A DNA stretch of 63,962 nt, counting the filler, from Candidatus Hydrogenedentota bacterium (GTDB lineage: Bacteria; JBFMHD01), in assembly GCA_040752395.1 (NCBI GenBank). It is 10 parts of 10 records of this genome, joined end to end, with 100 filler letters (N's around TTAATTAATTAA, not from the genome) between each part and the next. Parts side by side here need not be neighbours in the genome. Positions count along the whole stretch, not along the records: positions 55,061 to 59,766 come from JBFMHD010000215.1; positions 59,867 to 63,962 come from JBFMHD010000232.1; 8 more parts are not named here. The stretch is one strand, 5' to 3'. The notes beneath the pieces were generated by a model. It searched no databases, was not told the DNA's origin, and saw only the letters and a program-made list of their open reading frames with translations. Shown piece by piece: positions 57,827 to 63,962 of the stretch (the first letter of the stretch is position 1; each line of letters starts with the position of its first letter). Both the position numbers and the translations under genes were made by a program.

Positions 57827-58212
57827 TGAAACTTGTTGAGAATATTTTGAGATTTAAGCGCCATTTTCAAGCCGCAGTACAACTCATAGATAAGGATATC
57901 CGCGATTATCTGATATATAACACTCTTGCTATGGAATGTTTTCAGGCTGTAAACGCACTTATAGAAATAGGAGAGTATATTGTCTCTAAAGACAAGCTTG
58001 GATTTCCGTCATCTTACAGTGAAGTTTTTGGGTTGCTTGAGCAAAACAAAATTATTACTAAGGATGAGCTGGGGTATTTTAAGAGATTGATATTCTTAAG
58101 AAATCTTATCGCACATGAGTATAGCAAAATCTCTGAACAAGAGCTTCTGGAACTGGCAAATTTGCTTGAGAAAGTGAGAGACTTTGTTCAGAGAATACAC
58201 AACTTGACTTGA
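57826..58212 (+). CDS. HepT-like (DUF86) HEPN RNase toxin
   Basis: Intact RNLIAHEY (Rx4HxY) motif. Confidence 0.88.
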   Translation: MKLVENILRFKRHFQAAVQLIDKDIRDYLIYNTLAMECFQAVNALIEIGEYIVSKDKLGFPSSYSEVFGLLEQNKIITKDELGYFKRLIFLRNLIAHEYSKISEQELLELANLLEKVRDFVQRIHNLT

Positions 58213-58266
58213 CAAAAGTTTTATTTATGTTTAAAAGTTAACATTGTTATCATTAAAGTTTTAACT

Positions 58267-59466
58267 ATGATTAAAAACTATATTCATCGGAAATATTATC
58301 AGGATAAAATAACCCCGTTTATTGATAAAAATATTATCAAAGTTATCATTGGACAGAGAAGAGTTGGTAAGAGCTATATCTTATACCAAATATTTGATAC
58401 ATTAAAACAAACTACGAAAAATAATATTATTTATATTAATAAAGAATTAAATGAGTTTGATTCAATAAAAACCCATACTGATTTATTACGTTTTATCAAT
58501 ACAAAATCAAAGAAAAATAAAAAAAATTATATCCTTATCGACGAAATACAAGATATAAACCAATTTGAAAAAGCCTTGAGAGATTTAATCGCAAAAAATG
58601 GATATGATATTTACTGTACAGGCACTAATGCTACAATGTTATCAGGTGAGTTAGCTGGTACTTTAAGTGGTAGGTACATTGAAATCCCAATCTATAGTCT
58701 GTCATATCCTGAATTTCTCTTGTTTCATAAATTAGAGAACAATACAGATACTTTTTTTAAATATCTAAAATATGGTGGTCTGCCCTATTTAATCAACCTA
58801 ACTCTTGAAGATGATATTATATATGAATATCTACGAAACATTTATAATACAATCCTTTTTAAAGATATAGTAAACCGATATAATATAAGAAACATAAATT
58901 TTTTGGAGAACCTTGTAAAATTTCTTGCAAGTAACATCGGTAATCTCATAACAGCAAAGAAAATAAGCGATTATTTAAAGTCTCAAAAAATTAATATCTC
59001 GGTGAATATTGTTTTAAATTATCTCAGTTATCTGCAAAATGCATACTTTATTTTTAAAATCCCGAGATATGATATACGTGGTCGAAAAATTTTTGAGATA
59101 AATGACAAATATTATTTTGAAGATTTAGGACTGCGTCATATTCTCTCCTCCTATTCAATGCTTGATATAAATAAGGTACTGGAGAATATTGTCTTTATGC
59201 ATTTAAAAATAAAAGGTTATAAAATATTTGTTGGTAAATATAACGGCAGAGAAATTGATTTTATTTGTGAAAAAAATTCAAAAAAAGTTTATATTCAGGT
59301 TACCTATTTAATACCTGATGATAAAGTAATTCAGAGGGAGTTCGGCGGTTTAGCACATATACCTGATAATTACCCAAAATATGTTCTATCTATGGACCCT
59401 TTAGTTAAAGGCGATTATCACGGCATAGAACACCTATCAATTATCGATTTTTTAAGTAACTTTTAA
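58267..59466 (+). CDS. AAA_14 ATPase with DUF4143 C-terminal domain
   Basis: GQRRVGKS, IDEIQ, LSGRY, YGGLP, KYYFEDLGLR, EIDF. Confidence 0.9.
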   Translation: MIKNYIHRKYYQDKITPFIDKNIIKVIIGQRRVGKSYILYQIFDTLKQTTKNNIIYINKELNEFDSIKTHTDLLRFINTKSKKNKKNYILIDEIQDINQFEKALRDLIAKNGYDIYCTGTNATMLSGELAGTLSGRYIEIPIYSLSYPEFLLFHKLENNTDTFFKYLKYGGLPYLINLTLEDDIIYEYLRNIYNTILFKDIVNRYNIRNINFLENLVKFLASNIGNLITAKKISDYLKSQKINISVNIVLNYLSYLQNAYFIFKIPRYDIRGRKIFEINDKYYFEDLGLRHILSSYSMLDINKVLENIVFMHLKIKGYKIFVGKYNGREIDFICEKNSKKVYIQVTYLIPDDKVIQREFGGLAHIPDNYPKYVLSMDPLVKGDYHGIEHLSIIDFLSNF

Positions 59467-59553
59467 AAAATATTTTGATTTTTTTAGTTGATAATATTCC
59501 CAAAACGAGTATAATTAATTTATATAAGAGGTTGGGGCATTTTCATAGTCTCC

Positions 59554-59745
59554 CAGGCACAGAGGCACAAAGCATGAAAAACTAAAGATGTAGTCCGTAG
59601 CCTGTAGCCTGTAGCCCGAATTATTAGAGTTACAATGTTTTTCAGAGGAGTCGTAATGAACGTTTTGGCGCTCTACACAAAGCATGAAAAAACTAGATTC
59701 AGACGTTTTCTTGCCTCTTGCTTCTTGCTTCTTGCTTCTTCAGTA
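59554..59745. repeat. Mosaic repeat copy at the contig end
   Basis: TGTAGCC units, GAGTTACAATGTTTTTCAGAGGAG, GCGCTCTACAC, CTTCTTG units. Confidence 0.88.
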
Positions 59746-59867
59746 TCCGCTGTTGAGATCAACTCCNNNNNNNNNNNNNNNNNNNNNNNNNNNNNNNNNN
59801 NNNNNNNNNNTTAATTAATTAANNNNNNNNNNNNNNNNNNNNNNNNNNNNNNNNNNNNNNNNNNNNT

Positions 59868-60008
59868 GATACTGTATGGACATCCGAGGAGTTTTACCAG
59901 GTGACCGATGAACTAAGGTACACTGCTACGTATTACATTCGTGTAAAAACAATTGATAACGAAGGATATGTATCAAAATGGTGTGAAAAGATAGATGGAG
60001 AGGTATAG
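59868..60008 (+). CDS. 3' end of an FN3-like domain protein
   Basis: Hand translation: ...TYYIRVKTIDNEGYVSKW...EV*. Confidence 0.6.
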   Translation, partial: DTVWTSEEFYQVTDELRYTATYYIRVKTIDNEGYVSKWCEKIDGEV

Positions 60009-60121
60009 AGGAGGATTATTATTTGCATCCCTTTTTAATGTGAAAAATCTATTGCTTGACTTCATCTCAATCTGGTTATATTTTTGTCTAAGTTAATTCT
60101 ACGGTTACTTTTTAGTTTAAA

Positions 60122-62017
60122 ATGAGATTTTCTTTTACTTTTCGTTATAAATTATTTATTATACCGCGCATTTATATTGTGATATTTTTACTTGCGTTTA
60201 CAGTTCGATTTTTATACCTCCTTGAACTAAAACACAAGAGCCCTTTTTTCGACAAATTAATTTATGACTCTCGTACCTATGATAATTTAGCAGTAGAGAT
60301 TATAAAATCGGGTAGTCACCCTGAAAAAGTTTTTTGGCAATCCCCTTTTTATACATATTTTTTATATTTTATTTATAAAATTTTCGGACATAACTATTTT
60401 GTTGTTCGTTTAATTCAAATTATTATCGGCTCTTTTAGTTGCTTGATTATTTACTTACTTGGGCGGGAAGTTTTTTCTCATTCCACTGGCTTAATTGCTT
60501 CTTTAATCATGTGTTTTTATGGACCACTAATTTTTTATGATAATGAATTACTGACTCCTACTCTTACTATTTTTTTTCTCTCTTCTTTTTTTCTTTGCAT
60601 TGCAAAAATATGGCATAAGACCAACAGTGTTCTTACGTGGTTTTTATCAGGCTTGCTTTTTGGACTTTCCGTCCTATGCATGGCTAATCTTTTTATCTAT
60701 TTACCTCTTTTTATGGTTTTAGTTTTTTTTATTTTTAAGAAACGAATTGCTCTTTATATTTTAGTCTTTCGTTTATCCCTTTTCCTAATTGCGGTTTTAT
60801 TGATAATTTGTCCTGTTACTCTCCGAAATTATTTTGTTGGTGGTGACCTTGTTTTTATTTCTTACAATTATGGCATTAATCTTTATATTGGTAACAACTC
60901 GAATTGGGTGGACACTGTAATGATTCGTGAAGGTTATTGGTGGAATCGTCTTGCAAGCATGCCATCTTTGGAGAAAGGTTGGAACTTGAAACCATCTGAA
61001 AAAGCTAATTATTTTGTTAATAAAGTTCGTAATTTTATCCTTGATTCCCCAATGGAATTCTTAAAAATTCTCTTTCTCAAAATTTTTATCTTCTTTAACT
61101 TCTATGAAATTCCGCGGAACATCCATATCTATGAGTTGCATCAATTTTCTATTCTTCTTAAAATCCTTGTTAACGGCTATAAATGGTTTTATTACCCCTA
61201 CGGTTTATTATTACCTTTTTCAATTTTCGGAATCTTCATTTCTACCAAATATTACAGACCCTTCTATTCTTTGTTTTATTTTTTTATTCCTTGCTTTATT
61301 TTTTCTATTGTTATTTTTTTCGTTACCGCTCGTTACAGATTGCCCTTGATACCTATATTGACCTTATTTGCTTCTTTTGGTATTATTTATCTTATTAGAC
61401 ACCCTTCCAAATGTTATCTTTTTCTTATTGTTTTAATTCCACTCGTTCTTGTTAATATTCTGCTACCTTCAAAGTATAGCTTTAAATTAAAAGAACTCAA
61501 TACCAATCTCGCTTCAATTCATTTCAACAGTGGGGAATTCCAAAAAGCAATTGATTACATTAATCTTAGTTTGGATGATTTGAAAGATTCTCCATTTGCT
61601 ACTAAAGAGACCTTAACAGAGCTTTATTTTCATTTAGGTGCCTCTTATTATAATATCGGTAATTTTAAATGGGCTCATGCGTGTTTAATAAAGGTTCTTT
61701 CGCTTGCTCCTAATCATCTTTCTGCACGGCGTGGATTATTCATGGTTAATATTCGCACGGCTGAGAATTATGTCGATATATGTGATCATATTGATATTTC
61801 TTCTATTACTGATCCTTATATTTTGAATGCACTATCTCGCCTTCACGTTGATAAAAATTATAGGCTTGATAAAGGTATCAAAGCTATTCAAAAAGCTATT
61901 GATATTAAATCAGATGAGCCTAGTTTCTATGATACACTCGCTGATTTATATTCATTACAGGGAAACCACGATTCTGCTGCTCTTGTTTTACAAAGAAAAG
62001 ATAAATTATTCAAGTGA
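60122..62017 (+). CDS. GT-C fold (ArnT/PMT-like) membrane glycosyltransferase with C-terminal TPRs
   Basis: YDS..YD, QSPFY, many TMs, RNYFV...GINLYIGNN, RYRLP, TPR-like C-terminus. Confidence 0.8.
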   Translation: MRFSFTFRYKLFIIPRIYIVIFLLAFTVRFLYLLELKHKSPFFDKLIYDSRTYDNLAVEIIKSGSHPEKVFWQSPFYTYFLYFIYKIFGHNYFVVRLIQIIIGSFSCLIIYLLGREVFSHSTGLIASLIMCFYGPLIFYDNELLTPTLTIFFLSSFFLCIAKIWHKTNSVLTWFLSGLLFGLSVLCMANLFIYLPLFMVLVFFIFKKRIALYILVFRLSLFLIAVLLIICPVTLRNYFVGGDLVFISYNYGINLYIGNNSNWVDTVMIREGYWWNRLASMPSLEKGWNLKPSEKANYFVNKVRNFILDSPMEFLKILFLKIFIFFNFYEIPRNIHIYELHQFSILLKILVNGYKWFYYPYGLLLPFSIFGIFISTKYYRPFYSLFYFFIPCFIFSIVIFFVTARYRLPLIPILTLFASFGIIYLIRHPSKCYLFLIVLIPLVLVNILLPSKYSFKLKELNTNLASIHFNSGEFQKAIDYINLSLDDLKDSPFATKETLTELYFHLGASYYNIGNFKWAHACLIKVLSLAPNHLSARRGLFMVNIRTAENYVDICDHIDISSITDPYILNALSRLHVDKNYRLDKGIKAIQKAIDIKSDEPSFYDTLADLYSLQGNHDSAALVLQRKDKLFK

Positions 62018-62133
62018 TAAACCACTTTATTCTCGTGATATTTCTTTTCTTTCTGCTACTCTCTTTACAAAATTTTATTACTAAAAAGAGCAAGATCGCT
62101 TTTACTTTTTAAACTAATTTTCGGAGGCTATAA

Positions 62134-63962
62134 ATGATGCTTAAGTTTTGTTTTACTTTAATAATCGTTTCTCTCCTGTTTTTTATTCTTCTTATTTTCA
62201 ACTCAGCTGCTCTGCCTTTTGATGCTGGCAAAACCTCTGTTTACGTTTCTGATATTGGTAATAGTTCCAATCCCAATAGCGGTATTCCGGATGAAGCTTA
62301 TAATTCTATAACTAAAGCTCTTGAATATTTATCTCCTGATAACGGATTTGATACAATTATTGTCTATTCAAGTGTTTCACCATCTTATTATGAACAAATT
62401 GATCTCTCGCATGATACAGGGATAACCTTAATTTCTTTTAAAGCTCTATTTGGAACAGATAGTGGCCCCGGGGGTGATGTTTTCCCCATTATTCAATATA
62501 TGGCTGTTGCTCCTATATGTCCCACAGGAGTTATTTTAATTATAAGTAAATATTGCTCTCTTAAAGGTTTTATTATAGATGGTGCTAATAATTCTCGATT
62601 TGGTATTTTTCTAAACTGGGATGGTGAAAACTTTTGTCGAATCGAAAATAATATTATAAGAAATATTACAGGACCTTATCCGGGTGGCTGTGGTATTTGG
62701 GGAGGAGAGCATACTACTATAATTAAGAATAATGAAATTTATCAGTGTTTTAGAGGTGTTAGTAACTCAGGAGCTTATATTATAGATAATTACATACATC
62801 ATAACAAAAGTGGTATTTTTTTTGGCAATAGTGCAGGTTCTGTTTTTAACTTACATTGCTTCAATAATCTTATCTGTAATAACGATTACAATCTTCATTT
62901 CGAGCTTGTTTGGAATAGTGTTATTGGAAATTTTGTTACTAATACTCTCAACAATGGTAGTTATGGTTTTATCATTGAAGATCGTTGGGGATGTCCTAAC
63001 GAAATCAATTTTAACTTTTCTAAAAATAATTTTTTTAATAATAGTTCTAATGCTTATAATCAGGATATTTCTGAATCCATCAATATTAGTAGAAGTTTTT
63101 GGAATACCACTTCTTCTAATCCAGTAACTATGAAAATCGATCTCTCTGGTGGTCAAATCTACTTTATTCCTTATCGTTTCAACTACCTTGATACAGCAAT
63201 AGGTGCCGATACTGTCGCACCTGCAATACCTACTGGCTTAACGAGTAATACATCAAGATTAAATCAGATAAAGATTCTATGGGATTCTGTGATAACGAAT
63301 GAAGAAGCAGGTGGGTATCTATTTAATCTAAATGGATACCGTATTTTTCGATACACCCAAGCTGATACGAGTAACTGGTATACAACAATAATTGGCTCTG
63401 TACCACCAAACCAAACTTTTTTTATAGATAATAACGTTAAAAGTAATCAGATATATTACTATCGAGTGACTGCTTTTGATACACATTTGACTAATGGGGT
63501 ATTGTATGAAAACGAAAGCTGGTTTTCAGATACAATAGCGGTCTCGATTCCTGAATTAAAAGATACGTTTGTTAAAGATGAAATATTGGTTAAGTTCAAA
63601 GAACAAAGTATTGAAGTGAGAGGAGAGACGGAGATAGTAGTCGTGGGTCCCTCCCAACAGGAGATAGATGATTTCAATTCCTCACAAGGCGTAACGATTA
63701 AATATTACGACCCGATTCTTAAGTTTTATCAGTTGAAAATACCTGCAAATAAAACAGTGGAAGAGATGATACAGATTTATGAATCTAACCATGATGTAAA
63801 GTATGCAGAACCAAATTATATAGCAGAGATATATTAGACAACACCTGATGACCCGATACAGGGCTGGAACCTGGATCAAATAGATGCATATAACGGATGG
63901 GATATAACAACAGGCGATAATGACGTGGTGATTGGAATAATTGATAGCGGTATGGATTTAGA
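62134..63962 (+). CDS. Secreted beta-helix + FN3 + subtilase prodomain + S8 peptidase, interrupted by in-frame TAG at 63835-37 and 3'-partial
   Basis: Asn/Gly-rich beta-helix; YYYRVTAFD; EILVKFK...VKYAEPNY prodomain; same frame continues TTPDDP..W.L..I....GWDITTG..DVVIGIIDSG. Confidence 0.8.

Noticed and set aside
3085-59745. CRISPR array interpretation of the repeats
   Set aside because: No constant repeat alternating with unique spacers of uniform length, and no cas genes
55061-59745. Classical integron
   Set aside because: No tyrosine recombinase in the window, and the repeats lack a convincing attC R/L box structure
63835-63837. Genome-wide TAG reassignment
   Set aside because: TAG ends complete genes normally elsewhere (e.g. 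secretin 16418, PFOR 25297)
156-63879. Many short antisense or overlapping ORFs (e.g. 2092-2553, 8135-8356, 48335-48877, 53013-53300)
   Set aside because: Shadows of well-supported genes or translations of repeats, with no motifs or SD
1-63962. rRNA, tRNA, reverse transcriptase/DGR or prophage genes
   Set aside because: None recognised by eye; short RNAs could be missed without a covariance search

Overview
This AT-rich bacterial window is ten contigs joined by artificial 100-nt linkers (N44-TTAATTAATTAA-N44), so gene order is meaningful only within a contig. The gene content suggests an anaerobic diderm, probably an uncultured-lineage MAG. Housekeeping genes include guaAB, pyrEF, glgP, ribE, rimP, pcm, htpX and smc. 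Main points of interest: (1) a PFOR operon encoding a NuoE/NuoF-like (HydC/HydB-type) module whose NuoG-like subunit is fused to NfnA and followed by NfnB, possibly one complex with two bifurcation centres. (2) Repeated, translationally coupled pairs of a secreted cargo with an Ig-like C-terminal domain and a PorV-family barrel. (3) A dense mosaic repeat family built from 7-8-nt tandem units. It supplies Shine-Dalgarno sites, brackets toxin-antitoxin cassettes and encodes signal peptides; one 8-mer array puts a PLD gene out of frame with its natural start. (4) MITEs with 13-bp TIRs and 8-bp TSDs, one carrying a nested insertion. (5) A hinge-less SMC. (6) A subtilase interrupted by one in-frame TAG at the propeptide junction. 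All assignments are by eye; no searches were run.
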